Shown one piece after another: positions 31,828 to 42,040 of a DNA stretch of 64,000 nt (the first letter of the stretch is position 1; each line of letters opens with the position of its first letter). This stretch comes from Bdellovibrionales bacterium. GTDB taxonomy: Bacteria; Bdellovibrionota; Bdellovibrionia; Bdellovibrionales; UBA1609. Made by a program: the position numbers and the translations under genes. Below the pieces are notes generated by a model that worked only from the letters and a program-made list of their open reading frames with translations, had not been told where the DNA came from and ran no database searches. The stretch lies in contig CBDCMT010000001.1 of the NCBI GenBank assembly GCA_965219095.1, forward strand, positions 416,001 to 480,000, in the 5' to 3' direction.

Positions 31828-34412
31828 TTAATTTTTACAAAATTGACGATAAAAAAACTTCAAGAGTTTTGAATCAATATGAGTCGCTAAGTTGAAGTGA
31901 GTTTCATATCTTGTATTTGAAAGGTCTCCTAGATAAGAAAAGGATCTTTCATAAGGTATCACAGTATGGTGTAATTTCTCTGGGCCATAAACGCTGTAGG
32001 ACACAAAAAGAGCTTTTTTATCATGCGGACATGAAAGGCTCATAAAAGCTCCTGAATTACCCTTCAAAGTAGGGCAATTATGTTTGAGAACATATTTAGA
32101 ATAAAAACGGTTATAAGTATGAGAGAACAAACTTCTTTCTTGGCACCTGTAGGATTTAAAATACTCTTTTTCTGATAAATCTTTTGAGACGGGAGGGGGA
32201 ATGTTTAAGAGATGAAAATGGGTAGGGCTATAACTCATATGTGTATATAGAGTACGACCAGATCCTGCACAAACTTCAAGCTCTTTTTTCCCAACCACTT
32301 TGTCAACATCCACTTCCAAAGTCTTTGGGAAATATATGTGAGACGGTAGAAGGATAAGAGCTTGATCCACCCCCTCTAAAGGACTGTCTCCTGCATTACG
32401 AACTTCTTCTAAAAGGCAATTGTCATTTTTTTTAGATAAATAGCTCTGTGTGCAAATATTTTGTGATTTTTGAAGGTCTTGATAAGTTAAATAAAATTCA
32501 GGATGAAAAAGAGAAGTGGCAGAAACAACTCTAGCTACTATCTTTTTATTTTCCATAAGGCAATGACCTGCTGTTAAAATAAAAGCTCTAGAACACAATT
32601 TTTCTCTCCACTTTAAACGGATCACTAGACCCGAACATGTTTTCACATGCTCAGGCTTTCCCTTAATAGCACTAAAAATGGAAACAAGTCTTACAGAAGA
32701 TTCATTGATTTTTTGTAACTGCTCACCTACATTGTTCAGTTATCCCTAACTTTAGACCTGTTTTAAGATAAAAGTCTTGCTCTTACAGATTTTCTTTTAA
32801 ATACTCTTTTCAAATGACAATAAATAAGACCTCCATCAGAAATGAGATTGAAAATATAAGAAGTGACTTTGATAAGCTTGCAAAGAAAGGTTCTGTGCCT
32901 ACTGAGATTTCTGTGGTTTTTGAATCTCTCTTTAAGGTTGTGAACATTCTGATTGTTGTGCTTTTAGAAAAACAGGTTCGAAAAAATTCCAGCAACAGCG
33001 GTCTTCCTCCTTCGCAAGATTTTAGTCGTCAAGGGAATCGTAATAAGAAAGCTAGTGGGAGTCAGAAAAAGGGCTCTAGACTTGATAACAGTAAAGATAC
33101 AAACAGTGAGGAGACTGTCTCTCCCTCAGAGTGTTCTCAGTGTGGGATGTGTTTAAAGACAGCAGAGGTAAAAAGCCTTGAAAAGCGTAAAAAGATTGAT
33201 ATTTTTTATGAAATTCAGACCCATACTGTAACTTCTGAAGTTAAGGATTGTCCCTCATGTGGAGCTAGAAATAAAGGTCAATTCCCTAAAGGTATGAGTG
33301 GTCCTCTTCAGTATGGTATAGGCATTAGAGCTTCCATCATCAATTTCATTATAGTTCAGATGCTGTCTTTTAGAGCGTGTTGGGGAACATTACATGGGGC
33401 TTATAGGTCGAATGATTTCTCCTGCAGTTATGTTGAGATACATTGCTGAATTAGGAGAGTTTCTTAAAAGTTGGGAAGAGCAGATGAAAGAAAAGATACT
33501 TGAATCAGAGGTCATTCATGTTGATGAGACCTCTATGAGGGTTAAGGGTAAAAACTACTGGATTCATACTTATAGTTCAGGAGAATTAGTCTTGCAGTTT
33601 CTCCACCTTTCAGGTGGAAGGGAAGCCATAAAAGATATTGGTCTCTTGGATAGATATGGAGGAGTGCTTGTGCATGATTGTTGGAGTCCTTACTTTTGTT
33701 ATGATAAGATAACTCATGCTTTGTGTGTGGCTCACCTTTTGAGAGAGCTTAAATTTATAGAAGAAAGCAATGGATTCAAATGGGCTACAAATCTCAAAAA
33801 ACTTCTTAAAGAGACTGTGGAGTTAGTTCATAAAAAAGAGTCAAGAGTTCTGACTCAAAAAGAGTACGAAACTCTTCAGAGAAGGTATAGGAGTATTCTT
33901 ACAAAAGGCTTAAAAGAGCTTCCAGAATTTCCTAAAAAAAATGGCAAGAAAGGACGAATAAAGCATACACAAGCTCAAAACCTTTGGCTGCGATTTAAAA
34001 AGTATGAAGCAGAAATACTGTGTTTTTCTAAAAGAAAGAACGTAGATCCTACTAATAACAGAGCTGAAAGAGATCTAAGAATGACTAAAGTGAAAAAGAA
34101 AGTGTCAGGGTGTTTCAGAACAGAAGAAATGGCGAAATATTTTTGTCGTATTACCAGCTATGTTAAAACAATGAGAAATAGAGGGTATTCTTCTTTAGAA
34201 GCCATCTCTATGGCTTTAAATAAAAACTTACGAGAGTGAGCAGTTACGATTTTTTCTTCATAATCACTTTGAGGTTCAGTACTAAAAATCTCTATAGCCT
34301 CAGAAGCCTTACAAACTTTCCTTTCTTTCGGACAAAAAATATAGCTTAAGGCTTGAGAAGAAAAACAAAAATAGCTCATTAAAAAGAAGAAAAATAAAGT
34401 GATATACTTCAT
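31828..34412 (-). pseudogene. Secreted trypsin-like serine protease split by IS66
   Basis: Signal-peptide part 34412-34248 (MKYITLFFFF...DYEEK) rejoins 32714-31828 once IS66 and one gatttttt copy are removed. Confidence 0.8.
32715..34247 (+). mobile_element. Full-length IS66 with frameshifted transposase
   Basis: Both TIRs present; 8-bp duplication gatttttt. Confidence 0.92.
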
Positions 34413-34434
34413 ATTTTTTTCCTTAAAACTACCT

Positions 34435-36648
34435 TCAAAAGTTATTAAGAATGTAATCGCAATGCTTTATTTTATCTGCTGTTTGATCATCGATATTATC
34501 TGAGCCTTTAAGATTCTTTTTAAACTGCTCACATTCTTTGGCTTTGAGACGTCTCAACTGCTTTCTTATTTCTCTGCTATTCCTCTTAGACTCAGCCCAC
34601 TCTTTATACTTTTTAACACTTCCTAAGAACATTTCACCTGATAGACCTTGTTGGTTTATAAAAGATAACAGACCTTCATCATGGGCTACATCTTTTGTGC
34701 CCTCATAAATATAATCATAAAAAGAATCTATATCCTCTAAAAGACTTGTAATTTTTTCTGAGTGCTCTTTAAACTTTTCTACATCAATTTCAAATTCTAA
34801 AGGAACACCGTAAGGCTTTTCTAAAAGATCCTTTTTAAGGAACTGAGAAGGTGTGTGAATGGCTTTTTTCTTTTCAATATAATCGTTAAGCCAACTTTTT
34901 AAAGATATTTTTCTTTCTTCTCCATCCTTTTTTAAAGTTAAATCAACATCTAAATTTATATCTTTCGATTCAGATAAGCCTAGAATGAGGTAATCTTGAG
35001 ATTTTACATAACCCATCTCCCATTTGTTTTGAAGATCGTACTCTAACATCTGAAAACATCTTAGCATTTTTAGTTTTTCATCATTAGATAAGAGTAAAGA
35101 GTCCACTAATAGCTCTAACAAAGATCTTCTTTTTTCTGCACCTAAATTTTTAAAATTTTTCTTCAAAGATCTATAATCTTGAGCTTCTTTTAAGTTTTCA
35201 TTTAAAAAATTTAAGCTGTATATTTTGTTAAGACATGTATTTAAATTATCGTCGTAATTGGGAAAAAAGTAAAAACCCTCTTTTTTCATGTCAACATCTT
35301 CACGAATTATTTTAACCTTTTTCATGTCACGAAGAACACTAAAAGGAGACAGTCCAGCATAAGTTTCTTTTCCGTTAGGGTTATCAGACAAATGAGGGGC
35401 AATAGAGTGAAAAGTATGATTATACGTTCTACTAAACTTCTTGTCAGGGAAAACAAAATTGATCAAATGTGCTGATTCAATAGCACAATTGTTAAAGAAA
35501 AAAGCATAACCTCCTTGATAAGCCCAATAAACTTCTAAGCTTGCTTTTAGAAGATCCCTCTTTTGCTCTTCGCTCATTTTAATGGGATAGCTTTTAAGCG
35601 TTCTTCCTTCTTCGAAATTATACTCACTTTTCGTTTCTGGCAAATTATAAACCATAAGTTGTGAGGGGTATTTTTTATTAGAAAAAAGGGACCAACCTAG
35701 ACCTACTAAAGGATTAAGCATCACTCCATTAACGAAAGCTCTAAAATTGATGATCACATCATCTGTTATATCTTTTACACAATCTTCTGATTTTTTCTGG
35801 CCGGATTTACACATAACAACTCTGATCATGGAATGGCCAAAACGCCCTATCCCCTCGCCTTTTGAGGCTAAAAGATAGTGAATCTCATAGATACGATTAA
35901 AGTTCATTTCTACACGATAACCATCATGACTATAAACGACTGTGTTTAAGTTTTCACAAGGCGGATAAGGAGTTTTCCAATGATAAGAAATCTGGGAAAA
36001 AACTCTATTTATCAAACTATAAACATAGGGCCTACGACAAGAAAACTGTGAATCCGTTAATAACTTATGAACATTAATAGCAAACTGAAATGATAGAGTT
36101 GTCTCTTTTTTTCCTAAAGCAAGGGGGCTAAATTCATTTGAATTCATGTACTCCAAAAATAGTTTTAAGGATTTCATCTCAGAGGAATTCAGACTTCCTT
36201 TGTAAATATAATAATAGTTCTGTAAAATACCTTTTAAAATCTGTTCTAAAATCATATTTTTATGATTGCTAAAAACATCTCTAGCCCTTGCTAAAGAGAA
36301 AGAAGGAGACTTTATCGAAAGAGTAAGGTAGACTTTTTTAGAATCATACCTCATATGCACACCTCCTCCATAAGATAGAGAACTCTTAAAGACGCTAGGA
36401 AACCTTCTTACATCATCTCTTACTCTCTTCTCATTTAAAAAAAGAGGTATGAAAACCTGTTCTTTTTCTCTTAGACCTTGTTTGATAAAATCAGGTACAA
36501 TTCTATCAACATCAGCTTTAATCTCTTTCCAAGATTGAATATGAGAAACCTTGCTATCCTGCCAAGAAATACCTTTTGTTTCTACAGAAAATAAGCTGCT
36601 AGAAAAGAAAAAAAGTTTAAAAAACACCCACAAATAAACCCATATCAT
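34435..36648 (-). CDS. Secreted DUF4105 (Lnb N-terminal-like) domain protein
   Basis: Signal peptide; FGHSMIRV, EYNFEEGRTL, YAFFFNNCA. Confidence 0.72.
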   Translation of the reverse strand: MIWVYLWVFFKLFFFSSSLFSVETKGISWQDSKVSHIQSWKEIKADVDRIVPDFIKQGLREKEQVFIPLFLNEKRVRDDVRRFPSVFKSSLSYGGGVHMRYDSKKVYLTLSIKSPSFSLARARDVFSNHKNMILEQILKGILQNYYYIYKGSLNSSEMKSLKLFLEYMNSNEFSPLALGKKETTLSFQFAINVHKLLTDSQFSCRRPYVYSLINRVFSQISYHWKTPYPPCENLNTVVYSHDGYRVEMNFNRIYEIHYLLASKGEGIGRFGHSMIRVVMCKSGQKKSEDCVKDITDDVIINFRAFVNGVMLNPLVGLGWSLFSNKKYPSQLMVYNLPETKSEYNFEEGRTLKSYPIKMSEEQKRDLLKASLEVYWAYQGGYAFFFNNCAIESAHLINFVFPDKKFSRTYNHTFHSIAPHLSDNPNGKETYAGLSPFSVLRDMKKVKIIREDVDMKKEGFYFFPNYDDNLNTCLNKIYSLNFLNENLKEAQDYRSLKKNFKNLGAEKRRSLLELLVDSLLLSNDEKLKMLRCFQMLEYDLQNKWEMGYVKSQDYLILGLSESKDINLDVDLTLKKDGEERKISLKSWLNDYIEKKKAIHTPSQFLKKDLLEKPYGVPLEFEIDVEKFKEHSEKITSLLEDIDSFYDYIYEGTKDVAHDEGLLSFINQQGLSGEMFLGSVKKYKEWAESKRNSREIRKQLRRLKAKECEQFKKNLKGSDNIDDQTADKIKHCDYILNNF

Positions 36649-36876
36649 AAAAAGCTCCCTTGTTTTAGATTTTTATTTTCTAGTAGTCGCTTATATCTAA
36701 AAATCAAATTTGTAAATATCTAACTTCTATAATAAAAATAAAGACCCTTAGCCTAAAAACTTTTCTTCTCAAACAAATAAGATATGAAAAAAATACAAGT
36801 CTATTATAGAAAGCTTTTCAGTCCATAAAAAGTTACGGTTAACTTAATAAGAACTTTTAACTCATAGCATAAAAAC

Positions 36877-36901
36877 TGTCCACTTTTTTGGGGGAAGTCC
36901 A
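36877..36901. mobile_element. Isolated IS3-family terminal repeat stub
   Basis: tgtccacttttttgggggaagtcca resembles IS3 ends (reverse TGGACTTCCCCC...GTGGACA). Confidence 0.5.
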
Positions 36902-36990
36902 AAGCTTTTTTCATTTTAGACACCTTTCAAAGGGAGTCAAGAAAGCTGTGTGCTCTCCTATGTATTTAATCAAGTCCAAAATCAACCTTC

Positions 36991-38271
36991 TAGTACAGCA
37001 TAACATTAAATTTTAATATTTTCATAATGCCTCTTAAACTTATTTCTAGCCTTATTATTTGTAAACTGCCAATTGATTTTGATTCTGTTTTTGTTTCTCT
37101 TACGGGTCCAAGTTTCTACTTCTTTTTTTAGTTGTTCAAAACTTCCTATACGTCGGTTTAAACATTGCTTTGAAAGAGCCGAAAACTCGATTTCTGCCAT
37201 ATTTAACCAACTGGCCTTTTTAGGAGTATAAATCATCTCAAGTCTATTTTTTAACTCCAAGGCCTTTTGAGCTGGCATGTTCTCATAAAAAGAAGAGCCA
37301 TTGTGAGTGTTTAAATTATCTTGTATCAATGTGATCTTGTCTACGTCCTTATAATATAAGGACATTTTTCTCATGAAAAGAGCATAATCTTTCTTTGTTT
37401 TTCTCTTTCTTACCTCTACAATTCTTCTTCCACTCAATGGCTCTATGGCTAAGAACACAACACAGGTTCCATTTCTTTTGTAATGATAATCCTCTCTTTT
37501 TTCTTTTCCAGGGCTTACAGGAACTGGCATCAAAACATCTTCTATCAATTGACAAGGACGCTCATCAAAACAAAGAACAGGACGATTAGAATCTAGCTTT
37601 CTTTCATAAACTTCTAAAACAGACTCCATTTGGCAAATAAAATGAGAATCGATCTTGCTTAAACACCACTGTCTTTTTAAATGAGGTTTGACTTCGTTTT
37701 TTTTAATATACGACCCACATGGGTGTGAGAAATAGAGTCTACAACATTTAACTCAACCAACTTATCAGATAGCATCTGTAAACTCCATCGACCATAACCT
37801 TCAGGAGCTTTCGTACAAGCTAAACTCGTAATCTTCGTCCTTTGCTTCCCTGTAAACTTAGGAGGCTTTCCAGGACGAGGAGCATCATAAAGTGCTCTCC
37901 CTAATCCTCCCTTCAAGTACCCTTCTTTGATATTTTGAATAGTCCCTAAAGTTCTCACTCCAAGAATCTCACAAACCTCTGTGGAACCCTTCCCTTGATG
38001 GCTTAAAAGTAAAACCCTGGCTCGTGTTAAAACTCGAGACTGATTCACTCCCTTCTTCAACATCTTCTCTAATTTTGTCTTCTCTGAACTCTTTAACTTT
38101 ATCCTTACTTTTGGCTTTCTTTTTGCTTTTGGATTTGCTCTTGCCTTTGTTTTTAATTTCATCTTTGATCTCATATCCCCTCCTTGGACTTTTTATTAAA
38201 CTACAACAAATATTATAGGAACAACAAAAATACAAGTCAAATATATTGAAATTTAAGGTTATGCTGTACTA
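36991..38271 (-). mobile_element. IS630-family element (type B), two ORFs with probable programmed frameshift
   Basis: tagtacagcataac TIRs at CTAG; HTH ORF 37677-38174 ends at an A-run; DDE ORF with CFDERP, QDNLNTH, SWLNMAEIE. Confidence 0.9.
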
Positions 38272-38318
38272 GTGCAACCTTTGAGTTTGTAAATTAAAAT
38301 TGTATAACTGATTTTTTC

Positions 38319-39836
38319 GCCTCCTCAAAAGAATCTGTGGGTTCCCGGAGGTTCTGGCAGTTTTCCAAGGTTATGATATAAGGCGATTTTTATAGCTTTA
38401 GAGGTTCTAAAGCCGTAAGATTTTCTCATAGTGAGTTTTACTTTGTTGTTTAAACCCTCTACAATCCCTGAGGAGAAGGCTTTTTTAGCCTTGAAGTAAT
38501 TAAGAATAAGTAGCTTATGTCTTCGTATGGTTTTTGCTTCTCTTTTCATAGGTTCAATTTTTGAAAGCATGACTCGTCTCGTCCAACTGTCTATAAATTT
38601 ACCAGCCCAAGTTGGTGAAACATAGGTCCATAACTGTCGGAAGTCTTCTTTTAAAAGATAACAGCGGATACTTTTTAAATTGTACTGTATTAAATGCCTT
38701 AATTTTACTTTTTCATAAGATTTTAAATTTTCTGCATTTTTTAACAAGGGCCATCTAGCTTTTGTTAAAAGGGGTTCATACCCGTCTTCTTTCATTTTTT
38801 TGTGTTCTGAAGCTCTCACTTCGTCTAAAGCCTTATTGAGTCTTGCTACGATATGAAACCGATCTAATATGTGTAAAGCTCCACTTGCCCTCTCCTTTAT
38901 GACTTTTAAATAAGGCTTCCACATATCAGACACACAAACCGTATATCTTTTGACTTCTCTCCTAGTAAATCAAAGAATTTTCTAAAACTCTTTTCTGTTC
39001 GTTTCTCTCCTATCCACAACAAGCGTACACGGGTTTTGCTTATTTCATAGACTAAGGTGAGATACTGATGGTTCTTTTTCCATTGTATTTCATCTACACC
39101 TATAGCTTGTATTCCCTTTAAAACCCTTTGTTTTAAACCATATTCTACGACCCATTCTACCGAAGCATAGACCTGATTCCAACTGACATGAAACTTACAA
39201 GAAACCTCTTTCCAAGACAGGTGACGACACCAGTCTGCTAAATACTTCATGTAAAAGATCGTTAAACTCTTCTTACCATCGGCCCAAGGTAAATACTCAA
39301 CTTTTACCCCACAGCAAGGACAATTAACTCTTCTTACAAAATAAACAAAAAACACCCTGTAACTTAAAATAGGAAGGGATTCAAAGTCCCGTGATGATTT
39401 ACTGCTGTCATACACTGAACAGGGCTTCTTACAAACACTACAAAAAGCTTGGCCATTTTTACGAGCCTTAATAGGAACATTAATTGACTTTCTATCTTTT
39501 GAAAAATAAATGTCTCCGTATACAAAAGACTTCCATCTTAAACAATCATTTAGTATAGTCTTCAAAAGCATCTCTTCCCTCCTTTTTTTTTTTTGAATAA
39601 CATTTTAAGGCATCTGGGAAGTAGGTGCTTCTTTTTTAAAATTTTAATGTAACACAGCAAATAAAAGCAAATAAAATGAATGTTTTTGAGTTCAATCACC
39701 GGAGGTGATAGAGGCCAGTAAGGGCCTCAAAGAACTCAAAAATACAAGATAGAATGTCTTACTCTTACTTTGATTAATATGAGCCTTTTTGGGGGATTTC
39801 TAGCTACTTTTCACCCACAGATTCCCGGGAGGAGCC
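38319..39836 (-). mobile_element. ISL3-family element with frameshifted transposase
   Basis: 8-bp duplication attttttc; zinc finger, IGVDE, DMWKPY, LDRFH, EGLNNKVK. Confidence 0.92.
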
Positions 39837-39905
39837 ATTTTTTCTTTCATTTCAAAATAAATCTAAGTAAAATGTTCTCTTATTCATTCTTCTAAATTTG
39901 GATAA

Positions 39906-39980
39906 TATCATCTTGGTCTAGCAGTTCATATTGATTCAAAATTCTTGAAGGTTTTTTATCGTCAATTTTATGAAAATTAA
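39906..39980 (+). pseudogene. 3' remnant of a paralogue of the trypsin-like protease
   Basis: YHLGLAVHIDSKFLKVFYRQFYEN* versus THFNLATHIDSKLLKFFYRQFCKN*. Confidence 0.7.
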
Positions 39981-40007
39981 GTTTATAGCAAAAAACACTC
40001 TTTCTTT

Positions 40008-40952
40008 TTAATAGATGAGCATTTTTTCTTTTAGTTTGCAACCTCTAAGAAACTCTGCTACAGACATCTCTTTCTTAGATGCTTTTTTTACTTTCAGAAC
40101 TTTGAGAGCTGTCAAGTTGTGACAAGCCACTGTGAAGAAGTGGGAGCTTATTTGTGTAATTTCTCCTAGTTTATGATGTGGAAGGCATGATGAAACCTCT
40201 GACTGAGTGATTTTTAAAGAAAGGGTTTGTTTTTTGTCAAGAAAGCAAAAAGCTTGAGGTCCTAGGAAAAGCCCTCTAATTTTATTGTGTAAGCTAAGAG
40301 CCTCTTGAGACCAATAAAGCCTTGCCTCTTTTTTTTTAATTTTAGGGGCATAAGTGACAAAGGATTCGTCTTGAGGGAGAACTTTAATTTCTTTTCTTAC
40401 ATACTGTTTTAATTCATTTTTTAAAATTTCAATGGATTTTTGTTCTAGAATTTTAAAGACTTGATCTGCATTTTCATCTTTTAAGGTTATTTTTTTTTGA
40501 GAAATGACGTCTCCTTCGTCTAAAGCTTCTGCAACTTTTTGAAGGGTCATACCTGTTGTCGAATCTCCTGCCATAAGAGCACGTTGAATAGGAGCAGATC
40601 CTCTCCAACGAGGAAGAAGGCTTCCATGAAGGTTGACTACATTTTCAGGATAAAGGGCTAAGAACTTAGAAGATAAAATTTGCCCATAGGCTACTACAAC
40701 ACACAATTCAGCATTTAAAGCTTTTAGGGCTTTAAAAACTTGTGGATGATTGATGTTTTGAGGTGTGAGAAGAGGAAGTTTGTGTTGTAGGCTTAAGTTT
40801 TTGACAGGGCTGGGAGTAAGCTTCATATGACGATTTTGAAAGGAATCAGGTTGTGATACGACGCCTACAACTTGATAATCACTATCTTCTAAAAGAGCTT
40901 GTAAGCAGTGATGGGCAAAAAGAGGTGTTCCTAAAAAGAGAGTTTTTATCAT
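40008..40952 (-). CDS. fmt: Methionyl-tRNA formyltransferase
   Basis: FLGTP, VVAYGQIL, NLHGSLLPRWRGSAPI. Confidence 0.96.
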   Translation of the reverse strand: MIKTLFLGTPLFAHHCLQALLEDSDYQVVGVVSQPDSFQNRHMKLTPSPVKNLSLQHKLPLLTPQNINHPQVFKALKALNAELCVVVAYGQILSSKFLALYPENVVNLHGSLLPRWRGSAPIQRALMAGDSTTGMTLQKVAEALDEGDVISQKKITLKDENADQVFKILEQKSIEILKNELKQYVRKEIKVLPQDESFVTYAPKIKKKEARLYWSQEALSLHNKIRGLFLGPQAFCFLDKKQTLSLKITQSEVSSCLPHHKLGEITQISSHFFTVACHNLTALKVLKVKKASKKEMSVAEFLRGCKLKEKMLIY

Positions 40953-40961
40953 TCTAAGGCT

Positions 40962-41597
40962 TTATGGTTTTGAAATTTCCTCAAGCGTCTGAGTAGGCTG
41001 AGGGTAGCCATGTTTTTTGATACGTTGTTTGATTTTTTGTCCTTTTATTGTACTGAGATGATCAATGAAGAGTTTTCCATCGAGATGATCAATTTCATGC
41101 TGTATACAAATAGCTATCAAACCATCTACTTCTTTGGTTTTTTTCTCACCTTTTAAATTGTAGTATTCAAAACAAATCCGTTCAGCACGTTTAACTTCTT
41201 CAAAGTAAGTAGGAACACTTAAACAACCTTCCTGAAATTTAACAGAACCTTTCTTATCAATCACTTTGGGATTGATAAGAATCAGGGGTTGAGGAATTTG
41301 TTTTTCTAAATCTGTTATGCTCTTAACTTTATAACGACGAAGTTCCATATCCTCTAAAGGGTTTTGATCGTTGTAGGCTGCTGTCGTGTCCATGGCTACA
41401 ATTCTCTGCAAGCGACCTACTTGGGGAGCTGCTAGTCCTATACCATAGCTTTCGTACATGGTGTGTAAAAGGTTTTCAGAAAAGGAAGTCAATTCTTCAT
41501 TTTTAAAGTCCTCTTCTCTAAGTTCTTTTGAGACCTTCCTGAGGATAGGATTAGGATAAGTTAAAATCTTAAGTTTAGCGATCATACCATTTTTCAC
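40962..41597 (-). CDS. def: Peptide deformylase
   Basis: GIGLAAPQVG, EGCLS, QHEIDHLDG. Confidence 0.97.
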   Translation of the reverse strand: MKNGMIAKLKILTYPNPILRKVSKELREEDFKNEELTSFSENLLHTMYESYGIGLAAPQVGRLQRIVAMDTTAAYNDQNPLEDMELRRYKVKSITDLEKQIPQPLILINPKVIDKKGSVKFQEGCLSVPTYFEEVKRAERICFEYYNLKGEKKTKEVDGLIAICIQHEIDHLDGKLFIDHLSTIKGQKIKQRIKKHGYPQPTQTLEEISKP

Positions 41598-41726
41598 CTT
41601 TCATTAAGTAGATTATATAATATTTGGAGGGTTTTTTCCAGAGATAGATCATATTTTTCTTAACCATTAAAATCACTGTCTTTTTTATCTTATTTTTATT
41701 GATTTTAGAGGTAAGGTTCTTTTTTT

Positions 41727-42040
41727 GGCTCCTCCCAGAAATCCGTGGGTAAAAGGAAAAGAAAGCGGGTTATGCAACTCACCTTTCCTAAATTCCCGAC
41801 AAAAAATATACACTAGGATTTAAGTTCTGCTCAGAATCTGGAAAATTTCTTATTCCCCCTCGTAAAAAGTAGGATTTTATAGAATTTTTAGAGATAAATA
41901 CTCTTGCCTATGCTTAATCCTGATGTATAATATATATAGCAGGATTGCTAGGAGGATATGCGATGAGTTTCATTAGAAGAATAAAAAAGAAGGGCTCCTC
42001 AAAAGAACCTCCGGGAACCCACAGATTCTTTTGAGGAGGC
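41727..42040 (+). mobile_element. Composite IS scar: ISL3-like left end, IS1634-like left end (41787-41993), fold-back ISL3 right end
   Basis: ggctcctcccagaaatccgtggg; near-exact match to 9507-9713; gctcctcaaaagaa...ttcttttgaggaggc. Confidence 0.8.

Larger units (their letters stand above)
26100..33571 (+). repeat. Tandem triplication of a ~2475-bp unit
   Basis: Units start at 26100, 28575 and 31053 (periods 2475, 2478, 2475); the encoded non-IS proteins are identical. Confidence 0.95.

Noticed and set aside
34158..34412. Independent 84-aa small protein
   Set aside because: It is the protease N-terminus reading into the IS66 end.
39683..39742. Hammerhead ribozyme reading of the three-way junction
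   Set aside because: The CUGAUGA and GAAA core is absent on both strands.
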